Assembly: GCF_001186125.1 (NCBI RefSeq)
Contig: NW_014040522.1
Location: forward strand, 49,754-99,252
Direction: 5' to 3'
DNA length: 49,499 nucleotides
Origin: Sphaeroforma arctica JP610
Lineage: Eukaryota
Positions 24,485 to 38,900 of this stretch are shown one piece after another. The number at the start of each line of letters is the position of its first letter. Position 1 is the first letter of the stretch. The position numbers and the translations under genes are program-made. The notes below the pieces were generated by a model. That model did no database searches. It saw only the letters and a program-made list of their open reading frames with translations, and was not told the origin of the DNA.

Positions 24485-26933
24485 CATGCCGCTAGGTAAG
24501 TGCGCACACACAGTGCTATGTGTAAATTCCTGAATACCCCCCCCTTCCCTTACACAGACACATACCGTTCTTGACGGAACACCCAGGGAGCCACAACATT
24601 AATCAGCAGCACACTGAACACCGCCATGAGAGCAGACCATCCATAAGCCATCACCAGCCCATACCAGCCCGCTCTCTGAGCTGTTTGGACTGAGTACCAC
24701 AGGATGTTACCAAACCCCTCGTACAGACCACCCGACCCAGCCGAGCCTCCTGCAAGGGACAGGCGACGATGGGGGGGGGAAGAGGAAGGGTTAGGAAGAC
24801 ACGACACGACAAGAGAGAGAGGGAGAAAGATAGATAGAAAGAGAGAGAGAGGGAGAGAGATAGATAGAAAGAGAGAGAGAGGGAGAGAGATAAATAGAGA
24901 GAGAGACAGGGGGCGATGAGAGTGAAGTGCGAACGGATATGAATAAGATACGAAGAAAGCGTACGAGTGCAATAAGGTGTGAAGGCTACGATACTGTCTG
25001 CGAGGGATGACGGGATCTATAAATATAAACAAAACACAAAAAAACAACGAATCACACTTGAACAGTACCCAATATCTTGGAAAACTCGGTAGTCACGCCC
25101 TTGATGTCGGTCACAATACGCTGATCAGGGTTGTCCACCTGAAAGGGGGCGCAGAGTTAAACGTAGTAGTGATAGTCAGCGTTAAACGTAGTAGTAATAG
25201 CCAGAGTTAAACGTAGTAGTGATAGTCAGCGTTAAACGTTGTAGTAAAAGTCAGAGTTAAGCGTAGTAGTGATAGTCAGCGTTAAACGTAGTAATGATAG
25301 TCAGCGTTAAACGTAGTTGTGATTGTCGGCGTTAAACGCAGTAGTAATAGTCAGAGTTAAACGTAGTAGTGATGGTCAGCGTTAAACGTAGTAGTAATAG
25401 TCAGAGTTAAACATAGTAGTAATAGTATGAGTGCACGCACACCCATCGCACAGACGCTGAATTCAGCTGTATCATGAGCGTACACAAAAGCATCTCAGAG
25501 TCGTTTGTTGCATTGTCTGGTCTGTATGTACGCGTTTGATGGAAGTATCACACTAACGGTGACCGAACAGATAGACCCACAACACCACACACTCGTGGCA
25601 ATACACAGTGGCACTCATGGCAAGTCCTAAGTTTTTTTTGGTTTGTGGGCCCTGGTGCACAATTACTAGGACAAATGTTGCCATAGATAGTTCATAATAC
25701 AAATAAGTTACATCCAGATGACAGAGATATATACAAGTGGTGCTGTAGACGCGGGTCAACAACAAACACACAGAATGCCACAGATATCGGACAGACATCT
25801 CAATTGCACCCATCAGCGTTATCTTGATATATTGAATAGATACGGTATACATAGGGTAGTCACTAACCCACAAACGCCACAGATATCGACAAAAACGCCA
25901 TAGATATCGAGAGAGAAAACGCCATAGATATCGACAAAAACGCCATAGATACCGGCAAGCAGGCCACTTACCCCGGCAGCGTTGATCTGGATGGTGTAGT
26001 AGCGTAGGTCAGTCATGTATAGCTCGTGTATGGTGGTGGTGATTGAGTTTCGCCACTCATTGCTGATCCATGAGGTGATGAACTGACGGAAGACCTGCGG
26101 TCAAACGAATAGTCTGGATGAGTCGGATTTGGTTTACAAGGTCAGACGTATTGGCATATGATTGGGATGTGGGGTAGGTACTGGGGTGTAACAGATAAAT
26201 GATGTGCTGCGCGTACGGCATTTGTCCACAGTCAGGTGTATTGGCATATGATTGGGATGTGGGCTGAGTACAGTGGTGTCGTCAACGACTGAACTGCTTG
26301 GCATATGACACTTGTCGGATATGTCGGATCTGTCTACAACGTCAGACACTGACCCTACTCAGTGAGCTAGGTTACTCGAATAGCGAACCAACTACAAGCT
26401 CATCCTGGTCAAATTCACAGGCGACCCTCTGTGTGTGCGGACAAAAAGAGTCCCAAAACTTCGGCAGCAGGTGCATATACACCCTGGACGCACCTTGATG
26501 ACCGAGATTAAGGACACCCAACCCAAGAGCACAGTGCATCGGTAGATAAAATCGTCCAGGTCATCGTTGATCAAGGCGGTATAGATGTATCCGGGCGCCA
26601 GCATTACGTAGTAACCTGCACGTGAACACAGAGGGGCAGACCCGTGTGAGACATTAAGTGCATTCTGCATACACATACACACACACATACATACACGCAC
26701 ATACACAGCATACAGTACAACACACACATACACAGCATACAGTACAACCCAACACACACACAGCACATCCCGACGCAAACAGCTCTGTCCCGTTTCTTTC
26801 AGGCATGTACTCACATGCATGCAGGTGTCGTGGATGTGTAAATGCTCCCAACCCTAAAACCCTTACCCCCCCCCCGCCTGATACAGCCAGCTGCACTTCA
26901 CGTACACCCTAGTTTTGCATGCCCATGAATTTA

Positions 26934-26965
<32 letters not shown>

Positions 26966-29622
26966 AGAATATAACAATAATAATATATATATATATATAT
27001 CTAACATAGGAATGCACTGAAATTTGGAGCAAACGGTATACCATCTTCATGGCATACATGCATACGCCCACCTGGGCATCCAACTACGCATATGCTATGA
27101 CTTGCTAGACAGAGATCTTATTTACTACTTAAAAATTGACTATTCGTGCGTATGAAAGGAACGAGTGGATACCGCATTACAATACTACTACAGCACATAC
27201 TGTGTTAGTTCGCATTCTGATATATATATTCGTTGTATTGCCCACATAAACCTGCATCTCGGCATGTGCACACGCACTTGCACTTTGCTTTTCACACACC
27301 CATACACACACCCACACACAGTACATACCAACCCAAATGTACGCCGCAACTGTCACAGGCAGCGTCAGAAACAGCATCCACTCGCGCCAGGAGGTGAGTG
27401 CGAGCTGAGACAGATGCCACAGACTCTTGAAGAACCCAACATTCAGCTTAGACAGCAGCACCCCCTCAGGCTCATAGCCCCACCCCTCAGCACCGTACCT
27501 ACCATCTGCACGCTGGGAGTGTGTGGGGTCAGGCGGGCGGAGATGAGTGAGGTGGTGCATGCGTGTTGGGAGGAGGGTAGAGAAGTCTTAGAGGTACTAT
27601 GTGGATGTGCGCATGCTTGTGTTTTGCGGATATATGTACATACATACATACACACACATATATATATATATGTATGTATGTATGTACTTGTCTATGTGGG
27701 GTGTATGTAAGTTTTTAAGATTGTGTTTTTAACTGGGCACACACACCTACACGTACACAAATGTAGGCTGGTACAGTTAAGTGTCTGGCCAGAAGGAAAT
27801 AGAGGATGGCGGACAACAAATACATATACGCAGAGATACAGATTGACAGATGTGAATGCAGAAGCGTAAGCTTGATATGTGTGACTGTGTTTGAGTGCGC
27901 TTGTTATGTAAACATATGTATAGCACATTCACCTTGGTGTGAAAACACAGGCGGGTGATATAAACACTCCTGCGTTGGATTTGTATTGTGTACAAGTACG
28001 GTTTATGAACATCGATCGATTGGCGCATAGCCCAATCTCGGACATTACGATTGCACATGAGAGATTAATGTACGTGCTCGTTTCATAGCTCCAGACATAC
28101 GTGTATGTGTCACTACTCATATGTTTTCAGAAGGTATGTACACGTACAGGAAGGCTAGCTTTTTACACACACACACACAAACAAGTGTACATGTATAAAA
28201 ATATATATGCCCAGATGAACCCACACCAATATGGAAGTACTATACGTATGTGTACATGACAAGTGCATACCACCACAGTCACACATCCACAAGTAAACGC
28301 AACAACCTGAGACTTCAACAACTCATGCATGACAGGCAATTGGCTGGATACGCAAAAACCCCAGAACCCTAAAAATAAGAAGCATGCAGTGGTCCCGAAT
28401 TGTCAACCATGCGAAGCAGCACCACTGTAGGTACAGATACATTGCACCAGCGTTAGAACACACCACGCGACTGTACAGTGTAACCGGCATGGTCAGTCAA
28501 TGGCCGCTGGGGCCACTGAGTACCTACCTGCTGTATGGCGCCGAAGAACGCAGACTTCTTCGCATCCTCCTGTTCATCAATCGTTCCGTAGGTGTTATCC
28601 GTTACCATGGAGATGGAAACGGAATTGTCCATCAAGGCCACATCGCTTTCATCATCATCCTACCCCGTTTTAACGCGAGAATAAACGCACAAGTCATATA
28701 TGAGAACGCGGTATCAAGAGGAAAACGTTACATATGCAGGGATAGATACTGAAGGCACACAGTGTAGGTACGGAAGTATTCACGTTTAATCTGCAATAGT
28801 TTCGAAGTGTACTATGTATTTTCAACAGTGTTGGTATTTAGTTGGCTTTCAAAGCATAAACAAGTTTTTAAAACAAACACCGCTGTATGACGCATACACA
28901 GCCGAGCTTCGGTCAGGCAGAGCAATTCAAATGAGAAATGCATGTATTATGTGTATATCGTCATAGTCAATAGTTAGTTTATTCAAACTAACTTTACTAA
29001 AAGTAGACACACCACCGGACTCCATAGAGCAGATACTTCAGTACAAACATGAATATACCTATTCGTTGATCATATCCGCGGTATTAAAACTTGGCAAATG
29101 ACCAAAAGTGTAGACAGTAAGCAACCTTAATTTATATCAAGTGATGATGAGACGTACAAATCATCCAATACTACTCGCGTAAACCTATCTTTGGTCAAAA
29201 TAGCCCTGAATCTCCACCTTACGAGGGAAGGGGGGGGAGTTCCCGCAACAAACTATATGCAGGAAGTATCTCTTTATATATAATGCAGACATACATACAT
29301 CCATATATATATATATATATATATAAATTTATCGAATTAAATTTCATATTGAGAAATTTTACCTAACATTACCTAACATTAAACAGTGCACACGATCATT
29401 CAAAGAGACTGCGAACATGTAGATACTTATACACTCGCACGACAAGTACGAATCTCTAAGCGAGAACACATATTGCACTCACACATAAGAACCTACTTCA
29501 GTGCAAACTTTAAAGCCAGAAGTCACAAACTGAGATCGAAAACCACTCATTCACTTGGATATAAACACAATTACCGATCCTGTTGAGGCCTTCCCAGTGC
29601 GTCTGGTATCTGTAACGTCCAT
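19992..29622 (-). CDS. ABC transporter subfamily D half transporter (ABCD4-like); 15 exons: 29575-29622, 28528-28659, 27329-27512, 26494-26615, 25972-26094, 25069-25138, 24566-24749, 24120-24270, 23398-23586, 22569-22763, 22227-22253, 21970-22091, 21535-21722, 20775-21000, 19992-20052 (about 673 aa)
   Basis: ABCD motifs: VDNPDQRI, EAA-like FRFLHVTVRTRAEDIAF, Walker A GASGGGKTS, FLPQRPY, signature LSVGEQQRL, Walker B ILDESTASLD and SVGHR. All introns are GT-AG with compatible phases, and the summed length is 2022 nt. The first two exons are less certain because they lack conserved motifs. Confidence 0.88.
21727..21832. repeat. About 27-bp intronic tandem repeat containing TTTAGGG, 4 copies
   Basis: tagg(a/g)ttttagggt(t/c)aagcct(g/c)tg units next to the acceptor of ABCD exon 21535-21722. 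Confidence 0.85.
25152..25425. repeat. 25-bp intronic minisatellite, about 11 copies
   Basis: Units of cag(a/c)gttaaacgtagtagt(g/a)atagt with no spacers. Confidence 0.92.
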
Positions 29623-32600
29623 GATGTATGTGTGATGAAAGGCTAGTACATAAGTTAAACCGCTTGACTGTTTCTCATTTGTTGATGCGAGAAGTAACGG
29701 GGATACTCTCGCGTGCTATATAGACACTATAAAAGAGAGGATTCCAACACAAGGAAGTTAATGGATGTAATCAAGAGTGCCTGTATGAAGTATAATGATC
29801 AAACAGTATCTGCACAGTACAAGGTCACGCTCACACTATAACATACATATGTATGCTATATTATTCACATCTAAATACCTTCATACGTACACGTTGATGC
29901 TACATATACATACACAAAGCCTCTTCATTCCTATTGAATACACAACGTATCCTGGGGCTGGAAGCTCAGATCGTTAAAAAAAACAATGACCCTCTCTCTC
30001 TCTAGAGAGAAGAAATAAAATAACATGCCTGATCGAGCTGTTGTCCGAAGAAGAAAAAAACGGTTCAAAATCAATCATACATATTTGCGGTGAAGTATAT
30101 TTTAAACGTGTATGGCGCTGCTAAATGCGATAGGAATAGATACCTAGAGTTTCTGGTACCACCGGAATTTCCAGCCGTCGTTTATCGTTGAACTTTTTAT
30201 CCGTTCAAAAAAAGCGTGTTTGCGTTTTCAATCCTGCAAACGTAATGCATCCTGCATAGGCATCGGAGTATTTTTTTTAGGGGTTTTATTCTAATTAGGG
30301 CGGCCATGGGGAGCAAAATGGGCTAAAACATATATACATAAGTAAACACAAATGGTGCTCTGGGAGCCTCTATATTTATATATATTTTTAAACAAAACCC
30401 GAAAACACCAAATATAGGCTTCCCATCGGATTGGAGAAACTAGAATACTCTAGATACCCATCTGATTGATTTTCTTTTATGTTGCCTTTTCGAGCATTTC
30501 TGAAGCATCAATCACCGCCGCACTACACCAAGATCCCAATGTCGCTGTATTTCTTGCCAAATAGAATCCTGCCGCCACTCTCTCATGGTCAACCATCTAA
30601 TAAATCTGTTTCTGGAACACTCTGTTTACCTTGTAACCCTATTATTAGTCTCTAGCCCTCTCCGTTCACGATTCACCAGAATATGGCGATCTTTCTATCC
30701 TATATGTTTTCTGAAATCACAAGCTGAATGGATCCCATATCACTCCAAATTACCACACAGTAGGAAAGTGGAAACTATGAGTAAACAGGTATGTATATTA
30801 ACTTGTGTAGCTATTAAGACTAAATATGTATCTGCCAAAATTTCGGAGTATCGGTTATGCCGCTGTGTTTTTATTCCATTGTTCCATATTCAGTACTTAA
30901 TTTCTAACTTGTGCTGGGTCTTGGAGTTTGGACTATAAAGTTGTCTCAAAAGGCATTTACATATTTTCAAAATATAGCTATTCCTCCTCTATTAGGCGTC
31001 TGAAAGTTCCGTGTCGATGACACCCCCCAACATCCTATGTTGTTGTATATATGGATGAGTGGTTTTAAATTTTAAGCAGTGTTCATATTAATCGATGGCG
31101 GGGTATACGTCTTTGCGGTACAATTTAGTTTGACATCCGACACATCAATGTCAATTAACAAATGCGACACGGGTTGGATAACAAAGAAGGACATCACTTT
31201 GCAGTAGTTTTCAATTGCGACAGCGTGATCTCATTTGGATGTAAGTGGATATGAACACCACACAACCTTTCACATCAATTCCAGGAGCACCCGATTATTG
31301 AGGCATTGGGTGAAGTAACCAACCAAAATTAATACTCAATTGTATGCGCCGACTTGAAGGATTTTCTATGATCATATTCTCTTCCAGCTTGAAAAATGGT
31401 CTTTGGTTTGATGAATACTCGGCACTTCCGACTCGAATAGGTGTGGTAGAAAATGAAGTAATAATGGACAACTTTCAGAAGGAGAATAATCTATGGCCGA
31501 TTTGTACAACATACAATCGACTTGGAAGTTTAAACACCAACTCGTATTGAACCGATTTAGAAACGTGCACATAATTTGAGAAACAGTCGAGCGTGTTACA
31601 TACTAAATATCTCGACCCTTGTTTCTTCACTTAATTTCATGAGATCTTATATATTGTACTTTTACCTGGAGAATACTATATGTTGCTCCTACTGTGATTT
31701 GAATCGAAAATATATAGATTCTGCTATGGCTCTCATGCTATTTTTCTTTGAGTTGGTCTTGTTTGCTCGTATTTTGTTAGTAGGCGATGGTAAGTGTCTT
31801 TGTCCTGCTTCGAGAAACTTCGTCAATACAATTATCGTTGCAGAACAACGGACGACTCTAGGATATGCTTTTGACTACAGCCTGAAAAAAGGTTGCGCAT
31901 CTTTCAAAGAACCAATATATGAATTCCGAGCCATCGTGGTTGTTTCTACCAATAATTATTCCGCGCATCAGTAGGAAGTAAACACACATTATGAGCTTAT
32001 ACCAAAAAAAAACTGTCTACAAAAAGCTCATTCGTTTTGCACGTGTGGTTTCATATTTTTCTGCTGCAATATGCTACTTGCAGCTAAGACACGAAATTTC
32101 TCCTAACTCTAAACAAACTTTCCGACCATACCTACAAAAACTATAATACCGCACTGGTTGAAACCCGTTCATGATGATAGCTACACTAAGCATAACCATC
32201 GTTACGTTCTCCGACTACCAATATATGCTGTTTACGCTTTGGGGTCTGAGTTTCTTTTTCTAAAAGGATTGTGTGCATAGTCATAGCCTGCTAAATTAAA
32301 TGAGATCAGGCTATGACATAGTGCCGTGTGCACTGATATTATAAATATGCACATGTTTTTCTAACATACTATTATTCTTCTTCTTCATAGCCTTCTTGTT
32401 TGATTTCAGAAGGCTATGTCTTCTTTCTATTTGTTATTATTCTAAAAATACACGCATACACGTGCATTAAAATTAAATATATATTATATGTATGTATGTA
32501 TCCGAGTTGACATATGTACTACAATACGACCGTGTACAGCATAATTAAGTACACTATATTTAGCACCAAAAAAGGATGAAGCCCGGCCTGATGAGGTCCT

Positions 32601-33315
32601 GTGCTGCATTGCCTCCGAGTGTCAGTGGCCGAGAAACTGATGAATCCCTGACTGTCTGAAATAAGGTGTAACGTGAAGGCCTGAGCTGGACTGAGCCTCT
32701 GAGGTCCGAGGAACAGCCGACTCCAGGAACTACTTGACAATATCATTTTTTTAATCAATTTATGGAGAACAAAAATGAAAAGCCAGAGGAAAAAATGGTG
32801 GAATATAATCCTATTGGTTATTCAATTAGCAACCGCTTGCGCTCATAATATTCATTGGTCCAATTTAAAACTTGTTTTTTTGCTTTATCATACAGAGATG
32901 GTGAAATTTGATGTACAAGTATTACACAGTGAAATTCGATATATAACACACATATGTATGAGTCATATTTATGTATATTGTACAGTATGGAACAGATATA
33001 GAACAATAACCAGATGAGTACATTGTCATACAGTTGTTGTGCATCAAACATAGCTCGTATTATAAAGTATACCCCTATCAAAAGTGGACGAGCAACACAT
33101 CTCATCGAACATAGTACTCCCTACATATAGTGTTGTATATTGCCACTTATTCGAGACCGTGCCACGCACATACGATAGAGGTACTGGCCGACACACCGAA
33201 CACCGTATTGTTCTTCTTCTAGGAAAAAAAGAGAGAAAGTTAGATGTACCCTTTCACATCCACATAATTTCATAGTATCCTTCCAATTTCGTTCAAACCC
33301 AGTCAGAGATAGAGA

Positions 33316-34881
33316 ATGGGGAGATATGCGTTGCCAGACGGCTACTTAGGCAGTTGCATTGAATCCATTGGAAGTATATGGTTCATTATCCTCGGAAATG
33401 TGATTGAATGGTTCGAGTTGAGCTCGTTCGGGTTTCTCGCCCCACAATTAGACGAGAATCTCTTCCATGGTAACAGTGCGGCGATGTGGGCAGCCTTTGC
33501 GGTGTCGTTCATCGCACGACCTTTGGGAGCCACGTGCTTCGGTTGGATTAGTGATAAGGTAGGTAGAAGACTCAGTGTTGTACTCTCATTGGCTGGTCTA
33601 GTCGTGGGCACCGTGGGCCAGGGAATGCTTCCCACGTACACGTGTTGTGGGGATGGGGGAGGTCATACTGGAGTGGTTCTACTGATTATACTCAGGATTG
33701 TACTTGGGTTTTGTGTGGGTGGCGAAATAGCTGGAGTAAGCGTATACTTAGCAGAGTACAAGGACCAGTCGGTGTTGGGCACGATGAGTGCCTCCATCAG
33801 CGTAGGGGCCAGTCTAGGGTTTGCGTTATCTACAGCCTTGATTAGTGCGCTCTTACACACACTGACAGAGGAGGAGATGATGCTGTGGGGCTGGAGAATA
33901 CCCTTCCTCATAACAATCGTACCAGGAGCGATCAGTTTAGTGCTCAGGTGGACACACATTAAGGAAACTCATGAGGTGCTGCGAGCGGGTTTTATTTCAG
34001 GCCATAACTCTGACGTGGATTTAGATGAAGATGGGAGTCTGAATGATGATCTGTCCCATTGTTCTGGTGATGGTAGCGCGGGCAGTGTTAACAGCGACGA
34101 CAGACTAATTGAACAAGAAATGACAAAGAAAGAAGTGAAAAAGCTCATGGGATCAGATGTATTAGCATCGCTACAGTATCTTCCAGAGGACATAGAGCGA
34201 GATAGGAAGCACCGTATCCACGAAGATGACAGCCTGTATGGTCATCTTTTCCCGTTGTTTGCACTTCTGCGCCACTACCCTGTGCGGTTTATGCTTGGCT
34301 TTTTCGGGGTGGCCGCTTGCGCGATGGGGTGGTACATCGGCAGTATATACGTAGTCTCCTACGTACAGAAGTTCCAGAAAGTGTCAAATCAAGATGCAAT
34401 GCTCATGGGACTGATCAATAGTTCCATGTCAGTGGTGTTCACACCTATCGGCGGGTTCCTTGCAGATGCCATAGGGGTGGGCAAGACACACGTGCTGTCC
34501 ACGCTACTTCTGTTCCTCATTTGCATCCCCTTCTGGGCCGTGCTGGTGCTGGTAGAAGACAACCGTACCGTATACTTCATAGCCTTCGCTGTCTACGGGG
34601 CCATACAAGGGATATGTTGTGCAGTTCCCTTCCTGTACGTAGCAGAGCTGTTCCCCAAGTCTCTGCGTGCGTCTGGGTTCTTATCCTATAACCTGGGCAT
34701 TGCGATCTTTGGGGGCCTGTCGCCACTCTTGTGCGAAGTACTGGCGCTTCGTATCACATACGGGCCCATGGTATACCAAGCCGGCATTTCTCTGGTGGCG
34801 CTGGGCTTCGTAGGGGCTGCACACTACGCGCACGCAGCGGGTGCGTGGAAGCTGCCCAACATACGAATGAACCCCTTTTAA
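33316..34881 (+). CDS. MFS metabolite:H+ symporter, ProP-like (proline/glycine betaine transporter family), intronless, 521 aa
   Basis: Motifs GNVIEWFELSSFGF, FIARPLGATCFGWISDKVGRR, LPTY, GGEIAGVSVYLAE, WGWRIPFL, AELFPKSLRASG and YNLGIAIFGGLSP. About 12 hydrophobic segments. Confidence 0.9.
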   Translation: MGRYALPDGYLGSCIESIGSIWFIILGNVIEWFELSSFGFLAPQLDENLFHGNSAAMWAAFAVSFIARPLGATCFGWISDKVGRRLSVVLSLAGLVVGTVGQGMLPTYTCCGDGGGHTGVVLLIILRIVLGFCVGGEIAGVSVYLAEYKDQSVLGTMSASISVGASLGFALSTALISALLHTLTEEEMMLWGWRIPFLITIVPGAISLVLRWTHIKETHEVLRAGFISGHNSDVDLDEDGSLNDDLSHCSGDGSAGSVNSDDRLIEQEMTKKEVKKLMGSDVLASLQYLPEDIERDRKHRIHEDDSLYGHLFPLFALLRHYPVRFMLGFFGVAACAMGWYIGSIYVVSYVQKFQKVSNQDAMLMGLINSSMSVVFTPIGGFLADAIGVGKTHVLSTLLLFLICIPFWAVLVLVEDNRTVYFIAFAVYGAIQGICCAVPFLYVAELFPKSLRASGFLSYNLGIAIFGGLSPLLCEVLALRITYGPMVYQAGISLVALGFVGAAHYAHAAGAWKLPNIRMNPF

Positions 34882-35959
34882 CGTAGGCATCATATTTATT
34901 GTTTTATTAAACTTACGAAAGTCTGACAGCCTGTACATACCACGGCGCCACATGATCGTGGCTGTACCGAGCTTTTGAGAAGCTTCGAGATGAGAGGAAT
35001 GTAGATCGAAGAGTGGAAACCCCCTGTTCTAATACGGCAAAACCCAATGACGCTTAACATGGCAAACCCCAGCTGATCGAGAGCCACGCATTGCAGCGAT
35101 GAAAATAAGATTCTATGAAGAAAAGGAGCGTCGATGGAGATTTGCTGAATGTACACTGTTCAGATAGTGCTTATGAAGCGGAGGGTTTGTTGCACCGTCT
35201 CCCAGTACACTAGCAGTACAAGGGCAACACTGTGAGCCATGGCATGCTTGAGGTAGGTAGATTCGCACAGCTGTAGCACACCCAAGGGGACGGGAGTATA
35301 TAACAGCCCTGATAGTATAGAGACCTTCACAGAGTAGGATTATACTAGGCTGTGAACTCGTATGATGTCGAACAAATATGGGCGAGAGCCACACCGGATT
35401 TACCAAGAAGCGTTATCTGGCGCAAAACTGAGCACTTAAGGTTAACCCTAAACTCTAAAACCCGTGGAAGGATATGGGCTCACGGGTATGGGATAGAACA
35501 CTTTGAGTATATGTATTACAGTACACACATCCAACGCCATCACACTACACGCCAAATAAAGGAATAACTGGCGAACGATTAAAGGCACAACCGTTATAGA
35601 ATATGTATATATATATATCAACTAATGTGATGTTTACAGTTTAAGGCAGGATGAAAACGACTGTCGTTGTGAATGGCATCTAATGTCTCATGCACACTGC
35701 AAACAAGAAGTGATTCTGGCGTTCTATGTAGAGCGTTTAAAGGCCACACTCATATCAACATTAAAGACGCCTGCTATCTAACCATACTGCGAGTCTGCAA
35801 CACCCCAGCAGATTTCCGCGGGCTACTGTAGTGATAGGTACTAAACGTTTGACGCATGCGTATGCAAATACCTAAAGCACGACTGCGAATATATTATTTA
35901 AGGCGGATAAGGCTTTTTATGCATTCGTGCTCTTGCTATTGAAAGCATCTACTGCTGTG

Positions 35960-38900
35960 CTAGTCCGCTGTTTTTCGTCTCTTGTTTGCGCTGTGCTCCT
36001 GTCGTTTCTCCTCCTTGCCCACCGTTCGGAAACTGCAGGGGGGGGGGGGGTATGTGGTGATGAGTCATGCAAGTGTGGCTACAACGAGCTACGCATATGT
36101 CAACATATGATACTACCACAAACATAGGCATTCGTATGTTGCAGTGGTGTTTGCGCCACCGCTGTAGTACGAATTACTGGCAATTATATACATCAGAAGC
36201 TAAACCCTAAACCAAATGTGTGTATAAATCAATGGGAAAGGCACTGAACCCAGTTGAAAGTGCCGCCGCAGGTACAATAGACACAATAGACACCGTGCTA
36301 ATGCAAAACTTTCGATCACAAAGATATATCTTGAGGATGTGTATGGTATATGTGTGTATAGAGATAATCGCCTGACAGAAGGCACATGTGCACACGCATT
36401 TATGACTCGTGCCCATCCTATGCCGGTCAAAGCGTGTGCAGTGTGGGTGTTCTTATTACATTAATAGGTGCGAATGATGTCCTTGGACATACATACTGCA
36501 TGAGATTGTGATATTCAGTATAGAAATTGCCATCCATTACAAACCCAAGCCAAGAGGTCTAAGATAAACTAGCTCCATAATAAGACGAACCCAACCCAAA
36601 CACGTGCCACGCGTATGCGCCACACAATGCACCCGTTATAACATACTGTCTCTTCTTCTCATCTTTCTCCCGCGCAGCGCGTTTCTGTGCGTGTAGGGCC
36701 TCTGCCTTCGCCTTCTTCGCCTTTCTCTCGTCTGTGACAGGGCAGAGATAATAAGCGTGGGGTTAGAACTACGAGTACCCATACCGTACTATGCGCTCAT
36801 GACTATGCATACTCGTACCGGTAGGGAGCCACTTCATAAGCAGGTTGCTTTGGGACAGAACGGGCCCTCCGGCAGACAGATATAGGTGCAGCTGAATCGG
36901 CACGCATCCACGCGCAGATACACACAATAGCAAAGGTGCACGCACACGCACGACTACATATGGGAAGCCAAGGATATCATACTAGGATATCATATATACA
37001 TACTAAGATATCATATATACATAATAGGCATGGTATCGGTTGACTTTCCGGGCTAAGATCACCAACACACACCTGGGATACGGTTCCATGTCTATAATAA
37101 AGTGTGAGGTATCTCGTATTTTGTGCTCACAAATACAGACATGCATACATGTCTATACACAGACGCTTATAGCCTTGCACAGACTCTCAACACCGTATAC
37201 AGTGAATACTGCCGCACAACACACACACACATCAGTAGGCCACACGCTGTATTAAAAGGCTCACATCGCACACTCAAGCATTTAGACGTGCAAGTCATTC
37301 CTTTGATCTCAACCTCTCTCCCCTATCCCACCCACCGTATGACACTATGACTCAGATGTACACAGCACGCGTAGCACAAGGCAAGGGATATCACGCACCA
37401 GACAGGCAACCACACCAACCACGCACACCACCACAGTCCCCACACTGGTAGATAAACGTACCGTTCTTGCCCTTCTTGGTCAGATTCTTATCGTTGCGTA
37501 TGGTATTGATCTGCTGCATGAGCTTGTATACGCGTTTCTCCGCCGGCTCCATGACAACTGCATGTGAGATGAACGGATTGGCCTTCTTCTTCTTCAACTG
37601 GAGTGGCAATAGGTGATGGGAACACGTAGTATGGATCAGTCTTAAGACTACACATCCTGTATGCGGATGAAGATGGATACGTATCGCATCGTACATCCTT
37701 GAAGGGGGTGCCAATGAACCCCATAGCAGAGACAAACGCGTGAGGTGAAGGTAGATACACAGGCACATGCACGTAGACGGTGTGTAGGGCGAGTCTCCTG
37801 TCGTCAGTGATTGGCTTGCACTTAGAGAGTCTGAAACAGCCAGTTCATAATACAATCACACGAAGCACACAACCGCCTACAGACAGAGACACATACACAG
37901 ACATATATATATTTAGACACACACACACGCACACAGACAGACATAGAGAGACACACACAGACACAAACACAGCCACAGAGAGACACACACAGACACAGAC
38001 ACAGACAGACCGTCTGCGAAGACAGTGGTTGCTACATACCGCGTTCTTCTTATTGTTCGCACTCTTCTTGACTAGCAGCTTAGGCTTCGACGCAAAGGGC
38101 AGGTCAGCCTGCAATGCCTTGGGGATCTTGAGCGGATTGAACTTGCGCGTCTCTCGCTCGATCTTGGTGTATTCCGAATCCTTATTGACAGGCACGGGAA
38201 TCTGTGCGTCTCGGCGCATTTGCCCTACCGTGCGCATGATGGGCTGTGTGGAGGTTTACGGATCAGAGGTACAGGAGGGATGGAGTGTGAGCTGCAAGTG
38301 AAAAAGACAGGTGATGCGTATAGGTCCAAGGATCAGAGGCAGAGAAGGAATGGAGTGTGGGAAGGGTGAGGATAGAGCGACTATGCTGGAAGGGAACAAG
38401 ACATGTGATGTGTCTGTACGTGCTACAACAATTGCAGAGCTACTAGTACTAAGGCAATGACGACATTCAGTGAAAGCGTGCGAACATTATCAGTGACACA
38501 GACAACTCACACAGACAAGGCGTTACTCGACAGGCAGGCTCAAGCGGATAAGATACATTTGTCCCATCTTTAAGAGATTTATGACTGTGGCTAAGCTGAG
38601 GGAAATAATGGTGCAAGGTGCCAGACGGTCCTAATGATAGGTCACAGGTGCAGGTGAACCGAGATATGCCATACACACACTTGCAACAGGATAACACCGT
38701 CAAGCGCACAAGCCCAACAGCACGTTTATGGATGGGATAAAGTGTGTCTCTCCCACGCACACGTGAGGACGAACCACACCACAGTACAACATATTACAAT
38801 AGACACGCCTGTACATACACTACTGGTCATGGGAGTACCAAAGGCATATATGTGTATAAACAAAACTAAACACACGCACACGCACGAGCGTGTGCGTGTG

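Noticed and set aside
25152..25425. CRISPR-like regular 25-bp repeat
   Set aside because: No unique spacers, no cas genes, and it lies inside a spliceosomal intron.
29141..29210. ATGATGA...CTGA resembling a C/D box snoRNA
   Set aside because: Antisense to the host gene, no terminal stem and no recognisable rRNA guide.
32585..32640. CTGATGAG...GAAAC resembling a hammerhead ribozyme
   Set aside because: Two extra bases precede GAAAC, and no stem I/III or NUH cleavage site can be formed.
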